A stretch of DNA of 64,000 nt from Terriglobia bacterium (GCA_963664115.2 CAXWPJ010000010.1:224001-288000), one strand, 5' to 3'; shown: positions 1-10,257, counted from the first letter of the stretch. Notes: generated by a model from the letters alone, not told the origin. Numbers and translations are program-made.

Positions 1-1899
1 CGCAGCCCGGATCAGATCGTGGCCACCGAGCGCCGGCGCGATGAGGACCTCAGCAAGGATGACAGCGTTGCCATCCTTCTTGACACCTTTTTGGATCGGC
101 GCAACGCCTTCCTCTTTCGAACCAACGCGCTGGGAACTCAGTTCGATGCCCTGGTTACGGACGAGGGCCGTGACATCAACGTCTCGTGGGACGAGAGATG
201 GGAATCGAGCGCGGTGCAGAACGACCAGGGGTGGATCGCCGAGGTCATGATCCCGTTCGAGTCACTCCGCATGAGGCAGGAGGAAACAGGGACATGGGGT
301 CTCGAAATCGAACGCGTGATCCGCCGCAAAAACGAAGCAGCCTACTGGAATAACTTCGACCGCAACTTCCGGTTCGAGGACGTCTCTCGGGCGGGCCTCC
401 TGGAGGGATTGGAGGAGGTGGAGATCGGCAACCGCTTCCGATTCAAACCATATCTATCGGCCGGCTTCGAGCAGACGCCCGGCTCAGGGGGCCGCACTGA
501 AAAGAACAACCTTTCAGACATGGGCATCGAGGTCTTCAAATACCGGCCGACTCGCGCTCTGACCTTGGACTTCACGGTCAACACCGACTTCGCGCAGAGC
601 GAGGTCGATGATCTCGTCACCAACATCTCTCGCTTCCCCTTGTTCTTTCCCGAAAAACGGGAGTTCTTTTTGGAAGGGGCGGGGATCTTCGAATTCGGGA
701 CGGGACAGCGTAACTTCAATCTCTTCTTCAGCCGGCGCATAGGCCTTTCACCTGAAAGGGAATTGATCCCCATTGTCGGGGGTGCGAAGTTGACGGGCCG
801 TGTCGGGGCTTACACGCTGGGAATCATCAACATGCAGACGGATTCCCACGAGGGTGCGCCCGGCCGCAACAACAGCGTTTTCAGGATCAAGCGCGATTTG
901 TTCGGCCGCTCTTCGGTGGGCGCCATGTTCACCTACCGAGGGGCCGGAGAAGGCGGGGACCACAACCGGGTTTACGGAGTCGACGGAAATTTTGCCTTTG
1001 CCGAAAACCTGGACATCCAGACCTTCGTTGCCAAGAGTGAAACTCCCACGCTGATGGGCGACGACTGGGCGGCGTTTGGCCGCATCCGATGGGACAGCGA
1101 CTTTGTCTTGCTGGGGGCGGAGCATTTCCTGGTGCAAAGGAACTTCAACGCCGAGCTCGGATTCGTCCCGCGCCGAGATCAGCGCATGACGAGCATTCAG
1201 GCAGGCATTCGGCCTCGGCCTGACAGCGGCGTGATCCGGCAGTTCGTCTTTAGATCTCGTCTCGACCTCACGCAGAATCAGGAAGGCAAACAGGAGTCCC
1301 TGATCTATCACTTCTTTACCTTCGAGAGCATCTTTCAGTCCGGCGACAAGATCGTCTTCGACGCTCACCGAAAATCCGAACGCCTTTTCGATCCTTTCGA
1401 CATTCGGCCCGGAGAGATCTCGATCCCGGTTGGGACGTATCCCGGCTGGGACGCCGTGCTGTTCTGGGATGGGGCTCCCCAGCGCCGCATAGCGGGTCCC
1501 GGCCTCTTCCGCTACCGCTATGAGTGGGGTTTTTTCGGCGGGAGGCGAATCGAGCTACGGATCCAGCCCCAGTTCAAGCTCAGCGACGCCCTCTCCGTCG
1601 ACCTGAACTATGCCCTGAATGAGGTCGACATGCCGTGGGGAAATTTCTCCTCCAAGGTGGTGAACACCCGGATCAACTATGCTTTCTCGAACCGATGGCT
1701 GACCAGTGCCACGGTCCAATACAGCAACCTCGACCAACTGGTCAATTTCCGTTTTCGGCTCAACTACCTCTACCGTCCGGGAGATGACCTGTTCCTGATC
1801 TACAACGACGGGCGGATCGTCAACCTGGATGATCCGCGCGAAAACGCTTTGCTGGGCCGATCCCTCATCCTCAAATTCACGCGCTCGTTTGATTTCTGA
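1..1899 (+). CDS. DUF5916 / CBM9-like outer-membrane protein, 5'-truncated by the window edge
   Basis: Frame open from base 1; motifs TVNTDFAQSEVD and RFPLFFPEKREFFLEG typical of DUF5916 proteins; C-terminal Phe. Confidence 0.8.
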   Translation, partial: RSPDQIVATERRRDEDLSKDDSVAILLDTFLDRRNAFLFRTNALGTQFDALVTDEGRDINVSWDERWESSAVQNDQGWIAEVMIPFESLRMRQEETGTWGLEIERVIRRKNEAAYWNNFDRNFRFEDVSRAGLLEGLEEVEIGNRFRFKPYLSAGFEQTPGSGGRTEKNNLSDMGIEVFKYRPTRALTLDFTVNTDFAQSEVDDLVTNISRFPLFFPEKREFFLEGAGIFEFGTGQRNFNLFFSRRIGLSPERELIPIVGGAKLTGRVGAYTLGIINMQTDSHEGAPGRNNSVFRIKRDLFGRSSVGAMFTYRGAGEGGDHNRVYGVDGNFAFAENLDIQTFVAKSETPTLMGDDWAAFGRIRWDSDFVLLGAEHFLVQRNFNAELGFVPRRDQRMTSIQAGIRPRPDSGVIRQFVFRSRLDLTQNQEGKQESLIYHFFTFESIFQSGDKIVFDAHRKSERLFDPFDIRPGEISIPVGTYPGWDAVLFWDGAPQRRIAGPGLFRYRYEWGFFGGRRIELRIQPQFKLSDALSVDLNYALNEVDMPWGNFSSKVVNTRINYAFSNRWLTSATVQYSNLDQLVNFRFRLNYLYRPGDDLFLIYNDGRIVNLDDPRENALLGRSLILKFTRSFDF

Positions 1900-2057
1900 T
1901 TTGAAAGATCAATGGACGCTAAGCACTCGGAAGCTGTCTGGAGCGAATTCTTTTCTGCAATGTTACAATCCATGCAACATCCTTAGTTTGAGGAGCTTCC
2001 AATGCTAGGTGTGATCGTGCTCGGATTTCACGGCTGTGGAGGCAAAAGAACGCCACT

Positions 2058-2294
2058 TCACGGCACCGGCACCCTTTCCTTCAGTTCTTCAAACAAATTG
2101 AGGACGATGTTGATGTCGGACTGGTCAGCGCCGGCGTCATCCTTGCCGTTCTTGATCATGAGAAACGGTTCGCCGTCAGCCCAAGCATCATAGAGCTGCC
2201 GGCCTGAATTTGGAGTGGGGTAGCTTCTTTCGAAGAGCATCTGGGGCCGGCCCGCCGTGAAGATCGCACCCGATTCCACCGGCGCGGCCATCAA
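2058..2294 (-). pseudogene. orphan C-terminal fragment of Ser/Thr kinase-TolB propeller gene
   Basis: Ends INIVLNLFEELKERVPVP*, like the intact kinase at 24476-27145. Confidence 0.8.
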
Positions 2295-3223
2295 TCCAGC
2301 GCGACTTCCTGAACCATCAGGAAGCGTTGGCCGTCGGCTGACACATCGTAGACGGGATAAGGCCCTCCGGCCCTCGACACGAAACCTCCTTCAAAAAGCA
2401 ACCTGGGAGTGCCCGCTGTAAAGCCGGGTTCCGTCTCGATGTCCACCGCCATCATCTGAAGGTCGTTCAGGTAGAACAACTCTCGCCCGTCTCGTGCCCA
2501 TTGGGGGTAGCCACCGCCTTCGGTCGATATCTGCCGCTTCCCTCCAGGTCCGGGAAACGGGAGCACATAGACTTCGTTGCGGCCTGACTCGTCCGAGACA
2601 TACGCCACCCAACGGCCATCGGGAGAAAACATTGCTACGAGCTCATTGAATGGCGTTTCGAGAAAGGGGCGCGGCTCCCGGTCGCCGTCCAAGGGCATCA
2701 TCCAGATGTCTCGGTCCCCATCACCTCCAAGGCCTGGACTTTGAAAAAAGGCTAGAAGTTGGCCGTCGGGGGACCAAGATGTGGGGTTCTGCCGGGGGGC
2801 CCCCGTCGTCAGCTGCTCTTCAGTGCCGCTCCCATCTGCCCTTTTCCAGAACAGGAAGTTATTTTCCTCTGGGATCGACCGATAGGCCACGTATTGCCCA
2901 TCCGGCGTCCATACGGGCTGATTCGACCCACCTGCAAAGGTCAGGCGGGTAAGCGTCTGTCGGGCAATGTCGAACAGCCAGATATCATCATCTGACATGA
3001 CCGCCACGCTCTGCTCATCCGGCGAAAGGCGGGGATATTGGTAATCGCGGGCCGCTGCCCCCATGGGTTCCGCGTTGCCCTGTCGATCCACCCAGACCAG
3101 TGTTTCGGTCCCCTCTAGTGGGCCCTGAGGCGAAGCGACGCCCGGGTCGTCTGCCGAACAACCAGAGCCGAGGCCGGCGGCTACAGCCGCGACAACCAGA
3201 ATTATCCACACATTGCTCATCAT
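2291..3223 (-). CDS. lipoprotein with TolB/PD40-like beta-propeller
   Basis: AGGAGG RBS, signal peptide ending GLGSGC, repeated SPDG/WTPDG blades similar to the distal propeller of the kinase. Confidence 0.75.
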   Translation of the reverse strand: MMSNVWIILVVAAVAAGLGSGCSADDPGVASPQGPLEGTETLVWVDRQGNAEPMGAAARDYQYPRLSPDEQSVAVMSDDDIWLFDIARQTLTRLTFAGGSNQPVWTPDGQYVAYRSIPEENNFLFWKRADGSGTEEQLTTGAPRQNPTSWSPDGQLLAFFQSPGLGGDGDRDIWMMPLDGDREPRPFLETPFNELVAMFSPDGRWVAYVSDESGRNEVYVLPFPGPGGKRQISTEGGGYPQWARDGRELFYLNDLQMMAVDIETEPGFTAGTPRLLFEGGFVSRAGGPYPVYDVSADGQRFLMVQEVALD

Positions 3224-3515
3224 TATTGCCTCCTTATGGCTGATGATGCATGAGAACCGCCGCACAAACCCAGACTGACTCGAAAGCGACAACCTCCAGA
3301 GTCTCGAAGTAGTTCTGAAGCATGTCTATTCAATGCACTGGACCGATGTGATTCGATGAATGAGACTACAGGTAGCGTTTCAGGTCAATTGAAACAGTCA
3401 CATGGACGGTATGGGCACCATCCAGACATGTGGAATTGCTGCGGGTTTTGTTAGGGGTGTTTTGAGGAGGTTTTCGGGGAATGGAAAGCTGATTTGAGCG
3501 AGACAGCGGGGGTCG

Positions 3516-3901
3516 CTACGGCACCGGCACCCGCTCTTTCAGTTCTTCAAACCAGTTCAGGACGACGTTGATTTGGGGGCGGGAGGGTCCGTCGTCTACC
3601 TCGTCTGCCGGGAACACCATCACGAATTGTTCGCCGTTTGGAGTGATGTCGTAGTCCCTGAAGGCCGCAAACACCCGGAACCCTTCTATCGGAAGCGTCT
3701 GCTCGCCTCCAAATGCAAACTGAGGTTCGGTCGCAATACTGATCCTCATCAATCCTTCTGCGAAGCCGTCTACCGCTTGTGCTCCCCTACGATAGAACAG
3801 TTCCCCTCCATCAGTTGACCAGAGTGGGGCGTTACCCACCTCCTCAGTAACGCGGTACCGAACGCCCGTCGGAGGAAACGGTTGAACGTAGACCGCGAGA
3901 A
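3516..3901 (-). pseudogene. orphan C-terminal fragment of kinase-propeller gene
   Basis: VYVQPFP...PLWSTDGGELFY...INVVLNWFEELKERVPVP*; no upstream kinase part. Confidence 0.8.
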
Positions 3902-4060
3902 TCAGGGAATCGGCACACGTTCTTTCAGTTCTTCAAACCAGTTGAGGACGATGTTGATTGTGGGAAACTGTGCGGCCTCGCTCTCAGCGTCGTCGGCCCT
4001 GATCCTAAGAAAGCGCTGAGCGTCAGGCGTAACATCGTAAACACCTAACGAATTGTCATA
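3902..4060 (-). pseudogene. orphan C-terminal fragment of kinase-propeller gene
   Basis: YDVTPDAQRFL...INIVLNWFEELKERVPIP*. Confidence 0.8.
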
Positions 4061-4073
4061 TGTGACGAAATCA

Positions 4074-5327
4074 CTATCTGATCGAGAACGGAATCGCGGA
4101 GAAGTCGCCCTCAGGTCTTGTGTCGACCGGCTCGAGCGCGCTGATTTCAAATGGCGCGCCGATCCGGTTACCGGCAAGGTCTTCCAGAAAAGAGGATACG
4201 AGGATCGAATACTCACCCCGCGCCCATGTTTCATGGGGAATGAATGCCCACCGAGTTTCGCCTTCGCTGATTTGGATCTCTCCTTCAAGCCGATCGCCCG
4301 CCCGAGTTATGACGCTGAGTGCACGTCCGAGAAGGCCGTGGTCCAGCGGTTCGGGAAACGACATCACCAGCGGTTCATGCGTACTGTTGCTGGGTAGACG
4401 GGACAGATCCCAACGTGTCAGGTCGATCGGCTCCGTGTCCGGTGGACCAACACGGAACTCCTTCTGAAATCCCTCCGTAAGTGGATTGCCGTTTGCGTCC
4501 GGCCAGGCATTGTCGATGAGGAGTGTATACCTTGCGCCTTCGGTCACCGATCGGCCCAGTTCGTCGCTGAGCACCAGGCCCTGTTTGATGCGACCGGGAT
4601 CAAAAAAGACGGTATAGCGTTGACGTGAAGGATCCCATAATCCCGTCCCCAGAACTTCACCCAAGGGTAGGAATGCCGATTCGACTTCACTGCCAACCTC
4701 GTCGACCAGCTTGACGTAGGGCAGACCGTTACTTGCGCGCATGGGCGCCGAGAAATAGATGTACACCTTGAGCTGATTCTCGGGTAGCACGTTGGTGGTC
4801 GGATAGATTCGCACCACGCGCACGCTGGGTGCCGCTGTGTCCGGGGGCAGATCCACGATCGAAACTATAGGCGAGCCGGTCTCCTCGACATAGTCAAACG
4901 GATCGAACGTCACGACGTAGTTGCGGCCTGGATCGAATGGAAACATGGGTGTGAAACGAATAAGGCCATCTAGAACGGCGTAGGATCCCAGTACTGGCGG
5001 GATGTCTGAGTCGGCGATGGGCGTCTCTTGCTCGACCGCGATCCTCAGGACCTGCTCCCACTGCAAACGATCCAGCATCGCCGTGTCTAAAGCAGAGAGA
5101 ATGAGTGGATCGAGGCCTTGCACTTCGACCGAACTGGAATCGCCGTCCGGGGAAACTGCGAGGTGAATCGCAGGAACGGTTTCGGCAATCGAATCCGACC
5201 TCGGAGTGCCGACCTGCTGGCCACAACCCAGGATCAAGGTAGTGGTCAGCATGAGGAGGCTGACCCAGACGGTCGTGTGGCGCGGGTCGGGAGAGACCGG
5301 CGCCACGCGATGACGATCCAAGGACAT
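4074..5327 (-). CDS. hypothetical lipoprotein with Ig-like (SbsA-type) segments
   Basis: Hydrophobic N-terminus ending LILGC; IYFSAPM and LEDLAGN motifs. Confidence 0.6.
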   Translation of the reverse strand: MSLDRHRVAPVSPDPRHTTVWVSLLMLTTTLILGCGQQVGTPRSDSIAETVPAIHLAVSPDGDSSSVEVQGLDPLILSALDTAMLDRLQWEQVLRIAVEQETPIADSDIPPVLGSYAVLDGLIRFTPMFPFDPGRNYVVTFDPFDYVEETGSPIVSIVDLPPDTAAPSVRVVRIYPTTNVLPENQLKVYIYFSAPMRASNGLPYVKLVDEVGSEVESAFLPLGEVLGTGLWDPSRQRYTVFFDPGRIKQGLVLSDELGRSVTEGARYTLLIDNAWPDANGNPLTEGFQKEFRVGPPDTEPIDLTRWDLSRLPSNSTHEPLVMSFPEPLDHGLLGRALSVITRAGDRLEGEIQISEGETRWAFIPHETWARGEYSILVSSFLEDLAGNRIGAPFEISALEPVDTRPEGDFSAIPFSIR

Positions 5328-5342
5328 CGTGTTCCGACTTCG

Positions 5343-6488
5343 CTACGGTAGAGCGATCACTTTGAGGTCGGTCAGCCCGTCACCGTCACGGATCGCAATC
5401 ACCGCTTGTGTCTCGTCCAGCATGGCGAGCTGAAACGTGCCTTCCATCCGGTCGATGGCTTCGAACGGCACCCCGGCAATGTCTTCCATTTCCGGTACCC
5501 TTTCGGTTATCGGCTCCTGATCGGCCACGTCATCCATTGTCATTTTCATCACGCCTTTGCTGACAGTCGTGATCAGAAGAATGTCTTCACCATTCTGCTC
5601 GTACACGATCATGTCCAGCGGGCGATTATAGGCGCCCATTTCGGCTATCGTGGTGCCTCTGACTTTTCCGGTGAAGGCGTTCCCGGCAGCCAGAGCGGCG
5701 GTCGAGAATCGAACCAGAGGCGTGCAGAAGTATCCAGCGATCAGATTCTGCTCGCCGTCAACGACATGGGGTACGAATGTATAGACGGGCGCCCGCGTTT
5801 CGAACGCTCCGTGCGAGGCGTGCCAGATTTCGACGCTGCTTCCCGTTCCAGCTCCCGAGAACGGGTAGGCCACCGAACGCAGCTTAGACGCGAATTCCTC
5901 ATTGGAGAGCCCCGACACCAGAAGCTGGCCGTCAAGGTACGCCATGTCCGTGACCGTTTCCATCCGTCGGTTCTGGGCACCCAAATAGGGAGGGCGCGGC
6001 CCTGGACGACTGGGTTGGACGAAGTCGTCTGCCGGGTTGGGCAACTCGACTCGGGTGTATGCAATCTGATCCAGTTCGATGACGTCGATGGTTCCCGCGC
6101 CATCCACTCGGAGCAACACCGGAGCGCTCGTGTCAGCAGAAATCCGGGAAACGGAGAGAAATGTATTCTTCGAGTTGGGACTGACTGCGATGTCATTAAT
6201 GAGAATCTCTTCCGCGACGGTGCCCAGCATCGCGGCAATTTTCTGGTCGAGTCCGCTGACAGAGGCGGTGCCTTCCCTACGACCGAACTCCTCACGGTCC
6301 AACCGTAAGGCGAAGATCGTTGCTGTCATATTGTCGGCCACGAAGAGCGTGTCGTCCGGGCCGAAGGCCAGCGGCCCTCCCGATGTGAGATCCGGATTTA
6401 CGGTGGGTCGGCGCTGGGCCGATGTCCAGGACGTGCCAAGAATCAGAATGACAACAATCCCGCTGATGCCGAATAACCACTTTCTCAT
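5343..6488 (-). CDS. secreted hypothetical protein
   Basis: 381 aa ORF with signal peptide and RBS, co-oriented with 4074-5327. Confidence 0.65.
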   Translation of the reverse strand: MRKWLFGISGIVVILILGTSWTSAQRRPTVNPDLTSGGPLAFGPDDTLFVADNMTATIFALRLDREEFGRREGTASVSGLDQKIAAMLGTVAEEILINDIAVSPNSKNTFLSVSRISADTSAPVLLRVDGAGTIDVIELDQIAYTRVELPNPADDFVQPSRPGPRPPYLGAQNRRMETVTDMAYLDGQLLVSGLSNEEFASKLRSVAYPFSGAGTGSSVEIWHASHGAFETRAPVYTFVPHVVDGEQNLIAGYFCTPLVRFSTAALAAGNAFTGKVRGTTIAEMGAYNRPLDMIVYEQNGEDILLITTVSKGVMKMTMDDVADQEPITERVPEMEDIAGVPFEAIDRMEGTFQLAMLDETQAVIAIRDGDGLTDLKVIALP

Positions 6489-6728
6489 TGTGTCTCTCCC
6501 TTTTAAAAAACCGTTAACTCAATTCGAATTGCCCGAGGCCGAACGTCGGCCAAGTTGCGGATCAGTTGGGACGCGGGATCGGGGTCCGCCTGGACACCTA
6601 CACAGTCGCCGGATTGTACCCACGGCGCAACGCCGTCACAGTCTTGAAATCCAGCCTCATTCAATTGGAAGCCAGCGGCAACGCCTTCATTTCTCACTCT
6701 CGGCAGCGAGGTAAACCCACACAATTCG

Positions 6729-6767
6729 ATTCTCAACTTCCGACAAGATGATTTGTCAGGACTTGAG
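6729..6767 (+). repeat. kinase-associated bulged palindrome, copy A
   Basis: ATTCTCAACTTCCGACAAGATGATTTGTCAGGACTTGAG. Confidence 0.85.
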
Positions 6768-6785
6768 CTCCATTTTCACGGTTGG

Positions 6786-6935
6786 CTACGGCACCGGCTC
6801 CAGGTCCATGACCGCGCCGCCATTCCACAGGCCGTTCAGATCGCGGACCGGAGCCGGCTCCTGGGCAGCTCCGTAGCGCGACAGGGTGAGAAACATAATT
6901 ACAAAGAAAGACGCACCGCCGGAACGTCTGATCAT
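6786..6935 (-). pseudogene. truncated DUF6152-partner gene ending in kinase-type PVP* tail
   Basis: MIRRSGG...PVRDLNGLWNGGAVMDLEPVP*; DLxGxW start like 35824-36705. Confidence 0.6.
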
Positions 6936-6950
6936 GTCGGATGCTCCCGC

Positions 6951-7349
6951 TTAATTCCCGATGCCGGTGCGATCAAACACCGTGCCATTGGCCAAAGTCA
7001 CTTTGGCCAGATGACCGCGCGGCGTCTCGTCCGTCGCGGGATTCACCTCAACGTCGATGACATCGCCGGGTTTCACGGCGTTTCTCAACCAACCCATACG
7101 CGACAGCGCCGATGGGCTCCCCGTTTCCGTATTCCAACGCGTGACCTCGCCGTTCTCGTCGGTGACATCGAACGCAATTCTGGTGTGCGGATTCGTCCAG
7201 GCCACGCTGACAATGGTTACGTCTTCAAACGCAACCTCTCTTGAAGTTTCGTAGATCGCAGCGAACGCGTGGTGCGCGTAAGACACCATCACACCCACCG
7301 ACAGAGTGAACAACAGGGCCAGCAGAGTTACCTGAATTGTTCTCTTCAT
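6951..7349 (-). CDS. DUF6152 family secreted protein
   Basis: Signal peptide followed by AHH, WTNPH, GSPSAL and VKPGDVI motifs. Confidence 0.8.
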   Translation of the reverse strand: MKRTIQVTLLALLFTLSVGVMVSYAHHAFAAIYETSREVAFEDVTIVSVAWTNPHTRIAFDVTDENGEVTRWNTETGSPSALSRMGWLRNAVKPGDVIDVEVNPATDETPRGHLAKVTLANGTVFDRTGIGN

Positions 7350-7502
7350 CTCTCCTCCTTCCCCTCTTTCGCATTTCCCGAATGACAGGGTCCCCCGACG
7401 AATGACGCTCTCAGTTCCCGTTGGCGTTAAGGCTGCGAATCGTCGAAATGAACCGTTAAACACTTTGCAAACGATACTAAAGGGATGCGTTAAGCGCTAT
7501 CC

Positions 7503-7599
7503 AATTCTCAAGTCCTGACGAACGACCTTGTCGTCTTCTGAGCACGCGCCTAAAAATGGGAGTTATTCAACAACAAGATGATTCGTCAGGACTTGAGAA
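7503..7599. repeat. pair of degenerate palindromes in inverted orientation (copies B, C)
   Basis: TTCTCAAGTCCTGACGAA (7505-7522) and TTCGTCAGGACTTGAGAA (7582-7599) are exact reverse complements. Confidence 0.8.
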
Positions 7600-7764
7600 G
7601 GATAGCCGTCCGAAGAGTCGGAGCTCTCCGATTCCTCCTCTGTGAACCGTTCGGCCAGGATCGCGGCTGGCGCCCGGATGGGGCCGAATTTCGAAACATT
7701 TACATGGCGCTCGGCCGCCGATATGGCCGTATCATTGTTTTCGTTTCCATGTGGAGGCATTTCT

Positions 7765-10257
7765 GTGAAAGTCCCGGTCGCTCTGATGATTCTGGCACTG
7801 ATCCTGCCCAGCTCCGTTTTCGCACAGGACGGCACACTGCCGGCCGAAAACCCACTTGCGGTCTTGAAACTGGAAGTCGAAGGCGTCCTCGCCGAAGCGG
7901 CGCTTCCGTTCAGCGACGTGCAGGAGGGCGCGATCATCTTAATGATGGAAGACCGGCGTCAGGCATCGGAAGAGCTGTTTGGCGACCTGATGGACTTCAG
8001 CGCGGGTCCGACCCAGGGACAGGCCTCGGATCGCCTGCGCTCGGCAATCGAATGGATGGAGAACGAGTTCGTCACGCGTCTGGAGGACTACCTGACGATT
8101 GAACAGCTGATGGCCTGGAACCGATATTTGGAAACGCGTGAGTCGCTGGCCCAGGACGCACCGGAACAGGATCCTTCACAACAGCAGACCCAATACGTTC
8201 GGCTCAATCCGAACCAGTTCACGGCCGAGGAAGGGTCCTACCGGATCGGCAGTGCACCGCGCCGAGCGGAAGTGATCGAGCGGGGGGGCGCCGGTGCGTT
8301 TCATGGAAACGTGCAGTTCTTGATCATCGACGAATCCCTGAACGCGAGTCGGCGCTCCTACAACCTTGGCCACCGGGTGCCGACCGTCAAGCCCCCATAC
8401 CAGGAGCGCGACACGAGTTTCGATGTCAGTGGGCCGGTTCTGCCGGGCCGGTTGACACTGAGCTTCGCGGGCCGCCAGAACGAGGCCGAGAACGTAGACA
8501 CCATCAACGCCACGCTGGCCGATGGCTCTCCGTTCTCCAGTGAAATCGTCCGGCCGACGACGCACCGCTTCCTATCCACCGGAGGGACCTACCAGTTTGC
8601 CGAAGCCCATTCGTTGACGTTCAACCTGGAATACGCCCCATATTCCGAGCGGAACCAAGGCATCGGGGGGTTCGTATTGCCCGAACGTGCCTGGACGGCC
8701 GAAGGCAACAGCTGGAACGTGGAGCTGCGGCAGTTCTCGTCGTTGTCGGCCCAAAGCATTTATGAGACGCGATTCAAGGTCAGCACCAGCCATGAGGAAA
8801 CGGTCCCCGGAACCGATGGGGTACGGACCGACGTCATCGATGCATTCAGCAGCGGTGGCTCCGGGAACCGCTCCGAGAACAACAATCGCAACTACGAGTT
8901 CAGCAACCTGTACACACGGATCGGGGAAGGCACGACGATCCGCTTCGGCTTCAACGGAATCTATCGGAAGAACAAGGCGCTTTCCACGGCCAACTTTGAC
9001 GGGACCTTTACGTTTTCCAGCCTGGACGATTTCAACCAGGGGCGGCCTTTTCAGTATCGGGTGGCACGGGGCGAGCCCCAGCTTGAAACCACCCAAACGG
9101 AGCTGTCGTTCTTCATGCAGAACGACTGGAAGCTGACCCCGGAGTTGACTCTCTATTACGGTTTTCGCTATGACTGGCAGACGAATTTGAATGATGCGAA
9201 CAACTTCGGTCCCCGGTTGGGGTTGGCCTACGCCCTGGGTCCGGCCACGGTCATACGGAGCAGCATCGGCGTTTTCTACAACGGTCTGGGTATCGACCTG
9301 GTCGAGGGGCAGCGGCGGCTGGACGGGACACGTCAGTTCGAAATCGTCATTGATGATCCCTCCTATCCCGATCCTTTGCAGTCCGGAACCGTCCAGAATC
9401 TGTTGCCGTCGGTTCGGGTGACCGACCCAAAGCTGTCGACGCCCTATGTCAGCGCCGGAATTATTTCGATCGAACGGACCTTCTTGACGAACCTGTTCCT
9501 GAGCGCCTTATATGAACACAGTCACGACACGCACCGCCTGCGCTTCAGAGACCTGAATGCTCCGTTCGACATCACCGCGCCTGTGCGGCGTTCCTGCACT
9601 AGGGATCAGAACAGGAAGACCTGTGTGCGCCCAGATCCGACCAAGGAAGAAATCCTCAATCTGGAGGGGACTCGAGCCGAGATCTCCCACTCGCTTCGGC
9701 TGACGTATCGGCAGCGGTTCAGCATCTTCAATGTGTCGGCGAACTACGAGTTTAGAAGAGCCCACTCCGATGGCCGTCCGAATGCGGGCGGCGACCTTCC
9801 TGCGGATAACTACGATCTTCGAGCGGACTGGAGTATCTCCCGCTTCTTTCCGACGAACACACTGAACAGTACCGTGAACGCGCAGCTCCCGCTGGGCATC
9901 TTCTTGACCGGAACGATGTCGACCAACAGCGGTCAGCGTTACAACATCCTGACCGGAACGGACGACAACCAGGACGGCCGCTTGACCGATCGGCCTACAG
10001 GTGTCCCGCGAAATAACGGCGACGCGCCGAAATTTCTCAGTTTCGGCTTCAATATCTCAAAGGCGTTCTTCTTTGAGGGTGCGGGAGGACCAGGCGGAAC
10101 GCGGACCAATCTCAATGTGTTTGCCAACATGACAAACGCGTTCAACAACGTGAACTTCAACCTGCCTTCGGGCGTGATGACCTCACCGAATTTTGGCCTG
10201 TCGACGAGCGCACAGGATCCGCGGCTGATTGAAATCGGGCTGCGCTTCCAGTTCTGA
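7765..10257 (+). CDS. TonB-dependent-receptor-like outer-membrane beta-barrel
   Basis: Signal peptide, FMQNDWKL, NNFGPRLGLAY, C-terminal PRLIEIGLRFQF. Confidence 0.8.
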   Translation: MKVPVALMILALILPSSVFAQDGTLPAENPLAVLKLEVEGVLAEAALPFSDVQEGAIILMMEDRRQASEELFGDLMDFSAGPTQGQASDRLRSAIEWMENEFVTRLEDYLTIEQLMAWNRYLETRESLAQDAPEQDPSQQQTQYVRLNPNQFTAEEGSYRIGSAPRRAEVIERGGAGAFHGNVQFLIIDESLNASRRSYNLGHRVPTVKPPYQERDTSFDVSGPVLPGRLTLSFAGRQNEAENVDTINATLADGSPFSSEIVRPTTHRFLSTGGTYQFAEAHSLTFNLEYAPYSERNQGIGGFVLPERAWTAEGNSWNVELRQFSSLSAQSIYETRFKVSTSHEETVPGTDGVRTDVIDAFSSGGSGNRSENNNRNYEFSNLYTRIGEGTTIRFGFNGIYRKNKALSTANFDGTFTFSSLDDFNQGRPFQYRVARGEPQLETTQTELSFFMQNDWKLTPELTLYYGFRYDWQTNLNDANNFGPRLGLAYALGPATVIRSSIGVFYNGLGIDLVEGQRRLDGTRQFEIVIDDPSYPDPLQSGTVQNLLPSVRVTDPKLSTPYVSAGIISIERTFLTNLFLSALYEHSHDTHRLRFRDLNAPFDITAPVRRSCTRDQNRKTCVRPDPTKEEILNLEGTRAEISHSLRLTYRQRFSIFNVSANYEFRRAHSDGRPNAGGDLPADNYDLRADWSISRFFPTNTLNSTVNAQLPLGIFLTGTMSTNSGQRYNILTGTDDNQDGRLTDRPTGVPRNNGDAPKFLSFGFNISKAFFFEGAGGPGGTRTNLNVFANMTNAFNNVNFNLPSGVMTSPNFGLSTSAQDPRLIEIGLRFQF

